Shown here: positions 1 through 12,663 of the stretch, one piece after another
How positions within the stretch are numbered: position 1 is the first letter of the stretch
Layout: the number at the start of each line of letters is the position of its first letter
DNA from: Octopus bimaculoides
Taxonomy: Eukaryota
Reading direction: 5' to 3'
Assembly (NCBI RefSeq): GCF_001194135.2
Contig: NC_068993.1
Span: 36,002,999-36,066,998, forward strand
Length of the DNA: 64,000 bases
Notes under the pieces: model-generated
What the model was told of the DNA's origin: nothing
What the model saw: only the letters and a program-made list of their open reading frames with translations
The model's database searches: none
Program-made: the position numbers and the translations under genes

Positions 1-34
1 TGTGTATGAAGGTATGTACATGACTCGGTGTTTA

Positions 35-369
<335 letters not shown>

Positions 370-867
370 CTTCTATCCGATGGCTTTTTACATATAACAA
401 AAACGTTCTTATTTGACCAAACGAGAAATTGCTGGATATCAGACATGAAGCAATATTTTCATGTACAGAGTAACTATTCTCTCTATTTCCACTTAACAAA
501 AATTGATTTAAACCTCAACTTGCTTTATCTTAAGTAACGGAATATTTTAAACTGTGAACTCTCTGAAATGTCGCTACAAAGGCTGTTACGTGATTCAATT
601 TTTGAATACAGAAATTTAATGTCATTAGATGAGATCTTTTGTTAAAACATTCTTATAAAGGCTTCTACTTTCCGCGCGCGCACACACACACACACATACT
701 CACACACGTGCGCATTGCACGTACGTATGTGTGTGTGTGTGTACTGTCAGTGAGAGAAATACCTTCATATACAGATACATAGTTATAGCACAAATATATG
801 TATGCAGATGTATACATATATGTATGTGTGTGTGTGTGTATACATATAAATAAATAAATAAATAAAC

Positions 868-911
<44 letters not shown>

Positions 912-1080
912 NNNNNNNNNNNNNNNNNNNNNNNNNNNNNNNNNNNNNNNNNNNNNNNNNNNNNNNNNNNNNNNNNNNNNNNNNNNNNNNNNNNNNNNNN
1001 NNNNNNNNNNNNNNNNNNNNNNNNNNNNNNNNNNNNNNNTATATATGTACATGTATGTATATATACATATATATATATGT

Positions 1081-1265
1081 AGGAGAATATACGAAAAAAC
1101 AACAGACGAGGACAGGTGGTGTAAATAACAAAAGGATGTATTAGTATGACGCTCGGGAATACGGAAAGTCTTTGACGTTTCGAGCTACGCTCTTCAACAG
1201 AAAGAATACGGAGACAAGGAGAAAAACACGGAGAAAAAAAAATTGAATAGTGTCCAGTTAACGGT
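1081..1265 (-). mobile_element. Solo Penelope-like pseudo-LTR fragment between (TA)n tracts
   Basis: About 185 bp of non-simple sequence flanked by TA-rich microsatellite on both sides and carrying a minimal hammerhead motif of the kind described for PLE termini. Confidence 0.55.
1169..1205 (-). ncRNA. Minimal type I hammerhead ribozyme motif (PLE-type, palindromic stem III, A6U core variant)
   Basis: Minus strand reads UCUUU-CUGUUGA-A-GAGC-GUA-GCUC-GAAAC-GUC-AAAGA. Stem I UCUUU/AAAGA, stem II GAGC/GCUC, loopless ACGU stem III, GUC cleavage triplet. Confidence 0.65.
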
Positions 1266-1284
1266 CAATCATAATAATATGTAC

Positions 1285-1315
<31 letters not shown>

Positions 1316-1670
1316 TATATAAACATATTCCCACATATGTACAGTCATGTGGTCGTCGTCGTTGTCATCCTTGAAGAAAGTGACAATGCCGTGGTTTTGT
1401 TTAAGATGAACCTCAACTTGCCAGGAAGAAACCCACACGTTTGATTTCATGACCTTCTGCACAGTCATATATACACACATACATACATATATATATGCAC
1501 ATAAATGCTTGACTATATGTGTATGTATATGTACATGTACATACATTAATATTTACACGTATATGTGTATGTATTTATGTATGTATTCTGGAAGTACATA
1601 TATGTGTGTGTGTTTAAGAGTGTATGTGTGTATATATGTATGCATTTATGTATGTATGTATAGTGTAAAT

Positions 1671-2054
1671 GTGGGGCCACAATGGCCCAGTGGTTAGGGC
1701 AGCGGACTCGCGGTCATACGATCGCAGTTTCGATTCCCAGACAGGGCGTTGTGAGTGTTTATTGAGCGGAAACACCTAAAGCTCCACGAGGCTCCGGCAG
1801 GGGATGGTGATGAACCCTGCTGTACTCTTCCACCACAACTTTCTCTCACTCTTACTTCCTGTTTCTGTTGTGCCTGTAATTCAAAGGGCCAGCTTTGTCA
1901 CACTGTGTCACGCTGAATATCCCCGAGAACTACGTTAAGGGTACACGTGTCTGCGGAGTGCTCGGCCACTTGCACGTTAATTTCACGAGCAGGCTGTTCC
2001 GTTTATCGGATCGACTGGAACCCTCGACGTCGTAAGCGACGGAGTGCCAACAAC
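1671..2054 (+). mobile_element. Full-length tRNA-derived SINE with 11-bp target-site duplication
   Basis: A-box-like TGGCCCAGTGG and B-box-like GTTTCGATTCC in the head, CAA tail, and ATAGTGTAAAT at both 1660-1670 and 2055-2065. Confidence 0.9.
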
Positions 2055-3084
2055 ATAGTGTAAATACAATGAATATTAAAATGAACAACACGCGAAGAAC
2101 TAAGTTTGACGAACAAGATATTCGCTTAACACTTTAAAAGAAGGAAAAGTGTTCGAATGTTTCGGACATTCATCATTCACCAAAGGAAAGAAAAACTGAA
2201 GCACATGAACAGTGATAAAGAGAAATAACCAGTGACGAAAAGGTAAAGGAATAGAAATCATGCGGAGGGTTCGCGATGGGCGGGTGTGTAAGTGCTAGTA
2301 TAAGAGTGTACCTGGAAGTGGAAATATGGATATAGTACTGTGTGTGCTCATGTGATGTATGTGTATAGAAGTGTGCACGAGTTGAACTATAGTGGGGATG
2401 GGGTTGTTGGTGTGCATGACGTAATTGTTATGTGAGTCATATGAAAGCGGGGGGAGCTTGTACAAGTGTGAGGGAGTAAATGTGTTCATGGGTCCAGCTG
2501 CTATGGCTAGAACAAATATAGAAAGTGTTGTGTTTAAGTGTTTAGCCGAAGTACGTGGAGGTGCAATAACGTTTAAAAGAAAACAAAGAGGGAAGATTTA
2601 AACTAAAATTTGTAAATGAGTGGAAAATGTACGAATTCTGTGAAAAGAGGGAAAATGAAAGAAATTGATAAAAATTACACAACAATGTTAAAAGGTCCAG
2701 AAAGCTTCGTAGACTATTCAGAGGATGGTAAAACTCACGAAGCAGAAAAAATGTGATAAGGAAACTGGTGAAATTCGCGAAGGGAACGAAATAACTGTGA
2801 TGAAGAGGTAAACCTGAGATGTAACGCACGTAGTGAAGAAAGAAAATAGTGGAGGGAAGGAAATAGGTCTTTCTTAACAGAAGAATGGACGATAAGAGGA
2901 AAGTCGTAAGAGAAGTAACGCACGAGAGGGGTATGCATGTGTGTAAATGTGCGGAGTTGCTCGCAAGCTAAAATGAGTAACGGTCAAGCAGAGGTGACAA
3001 GCGGAAGGGTGAAAGAAAGGGATGATTCAAAATTGTTAACCAAAGCAGGAGTGCCGAAGTGTAGAAGAATGTTTGTGAGCGTGC

Positions 3085-3143
<59 letters not shown>

Positions 3144-5160
3144 NNNNNNNNNNNNNNNNNNNNNNNNNNNNNNNNNNNNNNNNNNNNNNNNNNNNNNNNN
3201 NNNNNNNNNNNNNNNNNNNNNNNNNNNNNNNNNNNNNNNNNNNNNNNNNNNNNNNNNNNNNNNNNNNNNNNNNNNNNNNNNNNNNNNNNNNNNNNNNNNN
3301 NNNNNNNNNNNNNNNNNNNNNNNNNNNNNNNNNNNNNNNNNNNNNNNNNNNNNNNNNNNNNNNNNNNNNNNNNNNNNNNNNNNNNNNNNNNNNNNNNNNN
3401 NNNNNNNNNNNNNNNNNNNNNNNNNNNNNNNNNNNNNNNNNNNNNNNNNNNNNNNNNNNNNNNNNNNNNNNNNNNNNNNNNNNNNNNNNNNNNNNNNNNN
3501 NNNNNNNNNNNNNNNNNNNNNNNNNNNNNNNNNNNNNNNNNNNNNNNNNNNNNNNNNNNNNNNNNNNNNNNNNNNNNNNNNNNNNNNNNNNNNNNNNNNN
3601 NNNNNNNNNNNNNNNNNNNNNNNNNNNNNNNNNNNNNNNNNNNNNNNNNNNNNNNNNNNNNNNNNNNNNNNNNNNNNNNNNNNNNNNNNNNNNNNNNNNN
3701 NNNNNNNNNNNNNNNNNNNNNNNNNNNNNNNNNNNNNNNNNNNNNNNNNNNNNNNNNNNNNNNNNNNNNNNNNNNNNNNNNNNNNNNNNNNNNNNNNNNN
3801 NNNNNNNNNNNNNNNNNNNNNNNNNNNNNNNNNNNNNNNNNNNNNNNNNNNNNNNNNNNNNNNNNNNNNNNNNNNNNNNNNNNNNNNNNNNNNNNNNNNN
3901 NNNNNNNNNNNNNNNNNNNNNNNNNNNNNNNNNNNNNNNNNNNNNNNNNNNNNNNNNNNNNNNNNNNNNNNNNNNNNNNNNNNNNNNNNNNNNNATATAT
4001 ATATATATATATATATACGTACATACATACTTATATACATACAGCTACACAAACATACAGGCGCAAACGTTCAAACATTGACACATACATAGATACACAC
4101 ACGAACACACACACAAGCGTAACGTTCCCCGTAAACCTACAAATAACCATTCAGTACTGTTGTTGCAGAAGTCTGTCATTACTTCAGACATATTGTAAGT
4201 ATTTATAGTTCGGCTAAGTAATGCTGTTTACTTGAAAATATGGTTCAACTCATTTCATAAATAGCTCTTCACTGACGTGTATCTATGTGTGTCTATGTGT
4301 GTCTATGTGTGTTTGTGCATGTGCGTGTGTGGTAAGGGTGTATGTGTATAGATAGATACATATATACTTATGCATATATGTATGTATATCTATATGTATG
4401 TACGTATATATGTATGCATGTATGTTTTATACATATGTTTAAAATATATACATATATATATATATATATATAATATATATGCATACCTATAAAGATATAT
4501 GTATATCCGTACATATACATATACATATATATNNNNNNNNNNTATATATATATATATATATATATACATACATACATACATACACTATCGTCAGAATCAC
4601 TCTTTGAGGAAAGATCTATTTATCTAATAGATATAACTTATATTCACACGTCTTTAAAAGAATTGTATTTTTCATGCTTTTTCTGGGGTTTTTTTTTTTT
4701 AATTATTTCATTGATTGTTTCCATAATTCTTAGAAAAATCAGCGGCTCTCTGATTATTCGGTTTCTTAAGATTTCTTTTTTCTTTTGCAGCATTTTAATA
4801 TTTTGTTATATTTTCTTTTCTGTGTTCTTTTTATATTTCCTGTTTCATGTTTTGGATAATAATGGTTTCTTACTTAGGCACAGCGCCAACTTTCCAAGTT
4901 GATGTGGCTACACAGCCGAATTCATCGATAGGAATGTTTAAACTGACGCTTAATATATCAAAGCCGGAGGCGATGAAAGTCAAGTAGACTCCAGAGGGAT
5001 TTGAATTCCGTAAATGGATGGACGAGAGCAAGACAAAACACACTCTGATATTGAGTTAGGCACCAATTAGAGCCATTCTCAAGACAAAAACCAGCATTCA
5101 CGTGTATAAGACAGTATTCCTTAACCAATTATTTACATTACCCATGCTTTTACCGTTTCA

Positions 5161-5345
<185 letters not shown>

Positions 5346-5814
5346 TTTCAAATCATACACACATAAATGCACATGGTAAGGGTGAAGCAGTCATATGTAC
5401 AACGCAATTTATTTCATAACATCAAGTTATGTATTAATTAAACATTTTCTGAAAATAAACATCAAGGAAAACAGATGTGAAAATATAAGAAAAAAAAAAG
5501 AGTGCGAATGTTTAATGACTAAGAAATGATTCTTCATCGTAAAAATAATTTCCCCTTGGAATCCCGAAATTTGACCTCCAGGTTAGAAATTGCTGGTCTT
5601 GGAGAAGCCGTCGCCAAATGCTTGAATATGTTTGCTCGACCTGCTAAAAATACTTGCAACATTTCCCTAAAACCACGACCAACGCCCTGAAAGAAAAGAC
5701 AGGACGAGTTTGTATAAAGTAGTCCTAGATATGTTATGCCTTAAAAGGAAGACTCGATATTCATGATTATTACGCGTTCGTTTGCCATTCATTTATGACA
5801 GTTTATGTATCTTA

Positions 5815-7745
5815 TTGCTGGTGCAGTCAAAAGCCTTCTGCTAGTTAGTAGCACTTGTTCAGTGGTCAAAGGAAACGGCCACTATCGGAGCCGTTTAGCA
5901 TCGCAAGCTCGGTCCGTCAGGGGCTTCCCGCTGTTGCCTCTTCTGTACGTATTGGCACGGGAGCAATTGCTGCCGAAGTTGGAACAGCTAAGGATCATCC
6001 CTTTCGAACTGGGACAAGGAAGGGCAGTGTTGGTATACACGGACGACGTCAGCGTCATGGTGTCGGACGCCTTCGGAGAAATATGAGAAATATGAGTCGG
6101 TTGCAGGGGCGAAAATCAGCACCGACAAATCGGTGGGTTTGTAGTTGGGCTCCTGGAGAGGCAGGACGATGCCATCGGACGGAGTCGTCGGATGCTGGAC
6201 AGACGGATCAGTTAAACTGCTTGCTGTCTGGTTTGGTCCCGACCTCCAAGTTGATAAGAACTGGGACGAAGTAGTGAACAGGGTGCCCAGTCTTTCCCAG
6301 AAATGGGCTAAGATGAAGCTGTCCCTGAAAGGTAGGGCAGAGGTGGCGAATGCCTACATCGCCTCTGTTGTCATTTATCGCCTGACAGTCGTGCCTTGTT
6401 CCGATTATTGCTTGACCAGACTAGAGCGTCTCNNNNNNNNNNNNNNNNNNNNNNNNNNNNNNNNNNNNNNNNNNNNNNNNNNNNNNNNNNNNNNNNNNNN
6501 NNNNNNNNNNNNNNNNNNNNNNNNNNNNNNNNNNNNNNNNNNNNNNNNNNNNNNNNNNNNNNNNNNNNNNNNNNNNNNNNNNNNNNNNNNNNNNNNNNNN
6601 NNNNNNNNNNNNNNNNNNNNNNNNNNNNNNNNNNNNNNNNNNNNNNNNNNNNNNNNNNNNNNNNNNNNNNNNNNNNNNNNNNNNNNNNNNNNNNNNNNNN
6701 NNNNNNNNNNNNNNNNNNNNNNNNNNNNNNNNNNNNNNNNNNNNNNNNNNNNNNNNNNNNNNNNNNNNNNNNNNNNNNNNNNNNNNNNNNNNNNNNNNNN
6801 NNNNNNNNNNNNNNNNNNNNNNNNNNNNNNNNNNNNNNNNNNNNNNNNNNNNNNNNNNNNNNNNNNNNNNNNNNNNNNNNNNNNNNNNNNNNNNNNNNNN
6901 NNNNNNNNNNNNNNNNNNNNNNNNNNNNNNNNNNNNNNNNNNNNNNNNNNNNNNNNNNNNNNNNNNNNNNNNNNNNNNNNNNNNNNNNNNNNNNNNNNNN
7001 NNNNNNNNNNNNNNNNNNNNNNNNNNNNNNNNNNNNNNNNNNNNNNNNNNNNNNNNNNNNNNNNNNNNNNNNNNNNNNNNNNNNNNNNNNNNNNNNCTAA
7101 CTAGTGAGGTCATGTCAAACAGCTGCTGTCACGTGTGGGATGGATCCGTCTGTCGGCCGAGCCAGTAGTGATTATTGAACTGCCACCCTCCTTCAATCGG
7201 GCAGACAAGGCAGTTTTCCTTTGCCTGATGGCTGTAGCGAAAGAGGTTGTTTGGTGGACAAGGCTGAAAGGCATGAAGACATACACATTCCCCTTTGGTA
7301 GAGCTCTCGTTGACTTCTTCAAGTTTCACTTGAAAAGGAAATTAAGAGTGGAGAGGGAAGTGCTGTCCTCGAATGAGTTTATTGAAAGGTGAGTGAAAGT
7401 TGCGAAAATGGCAAGAGAGGATGGTACCTACCTAAGTGTAGACCTGTGAGTCGGAGAGAAGAAATTGAAGAAGACACTTGCTCCTATGGTTTCAGGGAAA
7501 TCTCGGACAGTGGAGTTCCTCGATTATCCCTAGAGGTTTTCCTATATCGAGAGGGTCACATCTCTATCATCCTCTCCGCCACTATTTTAAAAAAGACTTT
7601 TGTATGCTATGCATGTCTCTTCTTTTTTCAGTGTATACTTTCTTTCTTTCCTTTCTTTATATCATTTCATTATACGTAAACCCCAACACTTTATGTCTGT
7701 TTTTGTATTGTCCCTCATCCTTCGCCCTGGTGGCAAAAAAATGTA
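5815..7745 (+). mobile_element. 5'-truncated, frameshifted Tx1/L1-clade LINE (RT C-terminal part, ORF2 end, 3' UTR); N gap at 6433-7096
   Basis: Frames give SVRQG, PLLPLLYVLA, YTDDV, LLAVWFG..NW and LSLKGRAEVANAYIASVVIYRLTVVP; after the gap AVAKEVVWWTR..LKRKLRVER, typical of the Tx1-like ORF2 C-terminus. Confidence 0.8.
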
Positions 7746-7776
7746 ATCATCAACATCACCATCATCATCATCATCA

Positions 7777-7834
<58 letters not shown>
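7746..7834. repeat. (CAT)n-(TAT)n microsatellite joining two retroelement 3' ends
   Basis: Visible trinucleotide runs. Confidence 0.95.
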
Positions 7835-7836
<2 letters not shown>

Positions 7837-9990
7837 GTTTGACTTTTGCTTTGTATTTGTACAAGTTGGTTCCAAGTCTCACCCAGAGACCTCAACAGAC
7901 AACAAGTTAGACGGTCATGTTGGTGTTATGCCTAGGGTATCATATATTTAGTTTTTCACAAAGTATTGTTCTAGAGAATGTTTAAGAAAGCATAAGAAAA
8001 TTATAAGTTTGTTTTAAAATTTGAGATTACATAGACAGTATGTTATGTAGGATATGGGCAGTTTCCATGAGCACTATCTTTTGGATTTCTGCCATTTTGG
8101 AGTATCGTGGTATCTGAGCTAGGTAGCAATCAGCCCCTTTTGCTATCATTCCTAGGGTACCTAAGACAACAGGTATTGTTTTAGTCTTGAGGCTCCACAT
8201 TTTGCCAATTTCTATTTCAAGATCTTTATACTTGCTCAGCTTTTGATAGCTCTTGACAGATACATTTATATCGATTGGGACAGTCATATCAATGAGGAGG
8301 CATTATTTTTGTCTGAAGTCTTTTAATATAATGTCTGGCCTATTCGCATCTATCTTTCTGTCAGTTTGAACGGTGTAGTTTCAGGGGAGTGAGATGCGAT
8401 CATTTTCAAGCACTGGAGTTGGTTTGTGTTCCCACCAGTTTTTATCATGGGGCAGGTCCAGGTTTTTACAAATTACCCAGTGAATATATTGTGCTGCTCT
8501 ATCAGGCCCGTTGAGATACTCTGTAGGCGCAAGGAGACTACACATGGAGACAACATGATCTATGGTCTCCTTTTGTTGTTGAAATACACGCCATGTTGAG
8601 CAGCTGCCGTTCTTTAATCTGGTAGCCTGGTAGTTTCTTGTAAGTATGCATTGATCTTGGGCTGCTATGATAAACCCTTCTGCTTCTGATTTTAAACCAG
8701 AAGCCACTAACCATTGATGGATAAGGGCTTTGTCAACATCGGCGCTATTACCTTTCTTTGGGTATTTGCCATTGAGAGGTTTTTCTTGCCAGGGTTTTCA
8801 TACGCTTTTTCTGTGTTTGTTTCTAGTACGTCTAATTCTGGAATTTGTTGTATTTGGAATTGACGTAGATATTCATTTGGCTGTTTTGTTACTGAGTATA
8901 ATTCTTTCTTGTTTTCATGCTTTGAGACAAATTTTAATATCCAGTCATCAGAGTTTTTCAGATAGGTGTCTAGGCCGATTATGGCAATCTTCATTGTTAA
9001 TTCCAGTTGTAAAAGTCTACGGCCACCCTCTTTTCTTGGCAGGTAAAGTCGTTCTATATCTGCCTTAGGGTGATGCATTCTATGCATTGTCAACAGTTTT
9101 CGTATTTTTCTGTCAAGATTACATATTTCAGTAATTGATCAGTTAATGATATTGAAACTGTAAGTCACGACTGGTATGGCTAAAGTATTGATCGCTTCGA
9201 TCCTGTTTCTTGCATTCAGCTCTGTCTTGAGTATTGCCCTTACCCTGCGATAACATTCTCTTCTGAACGTTTCCCTCATAACTGAATGTTTGATTCCGTC
9301 TCCTTCAAATACCTCTAGATATTTGTAGCTCTCCGCTGGTTCTAATTCCTTTATGACATTCTGCTGGTCAAGATTAACTTTGAATGTTTCTGTCACTTTT
9401 CCTTTGATAAAGGTAGCTTTTGCACATTTATCGAGGCCAAATTGCATCCTGATGTCATCACTGAATTGTTTAACAATCGCTAGTCAGCCCTGTAGTTGTT
9501 GGTCATTTTTTTGCAAAGAGTTTTTAATTATCCATGTAAATGAGATGATTTATATTTTTATCAAACATTTTTTTACCGTATTGTACATCATTGTGCAATT
9601 TCGAGAGAGGTATTAAGACTAGACAAAAGAGGAGTGGTGATAGAGAGTTACCCTGGAAGATGCCACATGAGATTCTTACATCTCCAGCATTAAGAGATTT
9701 ATTGTCACTGTTCAAAGTCAGTGTGGTTCTCCATGATCTTATACTTACAGACAAAAAGTACAGACTACAGAGTAGGTGCTATTTTATACATTTCCAGACA
9801 TTTCTTAATCCAGCTATGTGGTACACTATCAAAAACTTTTTATGGTTTATCCAGGCTACCAACAAGTTTTTGTGTGGTTTGTGACAATCTTCCAAGATCA
9901 TCTTATTGATAACTAGCTAATCTTTACAACCATAAGATCCACGTTTACATCCTTTTTGCTCTTTACGGAATATGCCACTTGCTATTGAAA
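7835..9990 (-). mobile_element. R4/Dong-clade non-LTR retrotransposon copy A, 5'-truncated and frameshifted (RT, CCHC remnant, restriction-like endonuclease)
   Basis: Minus frames: EQKGCKRGSYGCKD, FDSVPHSW, GIFQGNSLSPLLFCLVLIPL, HLIYMD, FGLDKCAKATF, YKYL, MHHPKADIERLYLPRKEGGR, ETIDHVVSMC, YIHWVIC, KYKDLEIEIGKMWSLKTKTIPVVLGTLG. (TAA)n on both flanks. Confidence 0.93.
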
Positions 9991-9997
9991 ATTATTA

Positions 9998-10049
<52 letters not shown>
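9991..10049. repeat. (TTA)n microsatellite
   Basis: Visible run at the 5' junction of R4/Dong copy A. Confidence 0.95.
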
Positions 10050-10050
<1 letters not shown>

Positions 10051-11599
10051 GAGTGAGAGACCAGTACATGCCATCAAAGTGACACTGGGGTAAAATATAC
10101 GAAGCTCAGTATACCACATGAAAGCATTTTTATAATCTAGAAATCTGCTTGCCTTACTTTCAGATTTATAAAACGCTATTTGTCGTCTAATCCTAGGTTT
10201 GCCTGTGCCAGAGGACATATAATCAGCGCGGATTAACAATAAAAGACATTTATACAAGATGTCATGCAGTCAGAACGAACCCGGGACTATGTGGTTGCGA
10301 AATAAACTTCATACCTACTTAGCCATATATATGCCTATAAAAGGCTTTGTTAGTAAAAAATCTTTTGTTTTGTTTTGTTTATACGTTTTTTTTTTTAGTT
10401 TTGAGTTGGGTTTTTTTTATCAATAATACAAATCTCATTTCCTTCCTTCACATCAATTCTCAGTCTTTATTGATTCCAAGAGAAAAAAAAACCATATTCG
10501 TTTCTCCATCTCATTTACCTGACAACCACATCTAAATTTACTTTATGCTGTTATAGATATAATTTTTGTATCTGTTATTGGAACTGTAAGCCTGATTAGA
10601 ATGCAATACACTTTACATGAAAATCCCCACAGGTACTGATCAATCAAATTACAACAGTGTTTTTCTTTTGCTCTTACTTTCACAAGCATTCACCTTCTCT
10701 CATCAATATCTGAAGTCTTATTTCTCTTTAATCAACAGCTTCACTATTCAATAACATTTAAGATTACATATAATATCCTAAAGTTATATTTATTCTTGCT
10801 CAACATATCTGCCAGATAAATATTTGTGTGACGTCCTTAAAAGAACACATTGGAAATAAGTACAAAGAGACAGGATGGTCATAGCTGGAACGCTTTTGAG
10901 CATAAGTCTGGCGAGAGCTAAATAGCAACAAATAACAATATAGCCACTCACCACCACCATCACCATATTTCTAGTCTTCAATCTAGAATGTTTTTCGTTT
11001 GCTTCTTGTTTAACATTACTTGTTTGCTGGTTAACATGAAAGAAGCTTCGTTTTTTTCATACCGAACATGAACAGTAATAAAAGTGATTTAACAGTACTG
11101 TTGTGTTAACATGTCTCTCATGGCGCATGATCAACAAAACTGGATTCATTCTTACTTCTTTTTCAGTTACCTACATGCTAGATGACCGTTGATTTCTTTT
11201 GGATACTTCAGTCACAAAAAAAATAAAACGTTTCATTTTAGGGTGCGTAAAATTTATATCAAAACTAAATCTTCCTTGGTGTATAAGGAAGATTTATTCT
11301 TCATAGAATATCTCATGACAATGAAATTGTATTGCTGCAACAACAATGGAAACAACAAGAGCAAAAGTAGCAACATTTATCTACAATCCAAGAGACTTGT
11401 TGAGTAAGGACAGAACAATGCGAGAAGATATAAAACAAACTACAAAAAAAAGAAACCAAAATAAATATATTTCTATAGATGTGTGGGGAAGGAAGATGAC
11501 ATGCACAGACTGGCGTTACTATAGTAACCAGTTTGCTATATGGAGTGCTTTTCTGTTGTTTATGGCCGGTCTCAGTTTGTTGATAAGGAGGAGGTTCCA

Positions 11600-11790
11600 T
11601 GATTCTGACATTGTTTATTGCGTTGAATGTCCCTGATGGATACCTTGAAATCCTAGGTCTGGTATTTATCGATGCATCTGAATGTATATGTTCTTTGACT
11701 CGAACGTGCAATTTCCAGGGTCGAACGACTGCATCTAAAAACACTAAAGTGAGTAAACCACATTAGAGGACCCATAATCCTAAGGCTGAC
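11600..11790 (-). pseudogene. Possible highly decayed GIY-YIG endonuclease remnant of a Penelope-like element
   Basis: SSNVVYSL-x-C in one frame and KLHVRVKEH in another, in the expected order; the YIG motif is not visible. Confidence 0.3.
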
Positions 11791-12410
11791 GTGTGTTCCC
11801 TTAAACTGCCCTATTTCGATGACAACTTCTGCTGCTATACAATATACGATCCACAGGGAGGGACTCAACACACAAATGGTTCAAACCGGTCAATTCTTGA
11901 GGAAATTTCTGACGTGGAATAATACCACATATAGCATCGTGGAGTGCACATTATCCAATTGCCCATCAATGACTTCAAAATGTGCTCCAGGACCTTTGTG
12001 GTATAGGAAGCAGTCTACAGTAAATGTAGGACATCCTACATCGGGAGTGCCACGAAAAAATAGCACACAGTGGGACTGAATCCGAGACCATGTGATTGGG
12101 AAGTAAATTTCCTACCACAGAGCCACTCTTACACCTATAACGCAATAGCATTAAGTTGTGGCTCTTTAAACAAGATCCCACATCTGGGACGTTACTGCAA
12201 TACACTTGTAATACATATAAAGTCATCATAGACTTTAAAATATCATCAGACGACTGTTTGGTATGAAGTTACTCAGCAACACACTTCAGCCTTTAGGTCG
12301 AAGACCTACTGTCTCCTCACAATGGTTTTTCTACTGCTCTACCCTCAGTTCCTCAGAGCTAGCTGATACCATACCAGTAGTACTCATGTTCACCTAATCA
12401 ACCTCTCTCT

Positions 12411-12468
<58 letters not shown>

Positions 12469-12608
12469 NNNNNNNNNNNNNNNNNNNNNNNNNNNNNNNN
12501 NNNNNNNNNNNNNNNNNNNNNNNNNNNNNNNNNNNNNNNNNNNNNNNNNNNNNNNNNNNNNNNNNNNNNNNNNNNNNNNNNNNNNNNNNNNNNNNNNNNN
12601 NNNNNNNN

Positions 12609-12663
<55 letters not shown>

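Noticed and set aside
2150-2190. Minus-strand AUGAUGAAUGUCCGAAAC hammerhead look-alike near a PLE-like tail
   Set aside because: The 5' arm of stem II is missing, so it cannot fold.
2937-4208. Long ORFs spanning N gaps (also 19016-20147, 40889-43628, 62561-63128)
   Set aside because: Artefacts of N runs and dinucleotide repeats, which contain no stop codons.
11625-11672. CUGAUGG..CCUUGAAAUCCUAGGUC hammerhead look-alike
   Set aside because: The core lacks A9, it needs a 2-nt insertion and an extra base at the cleavage site, and it is antisense to a putative coding relic.
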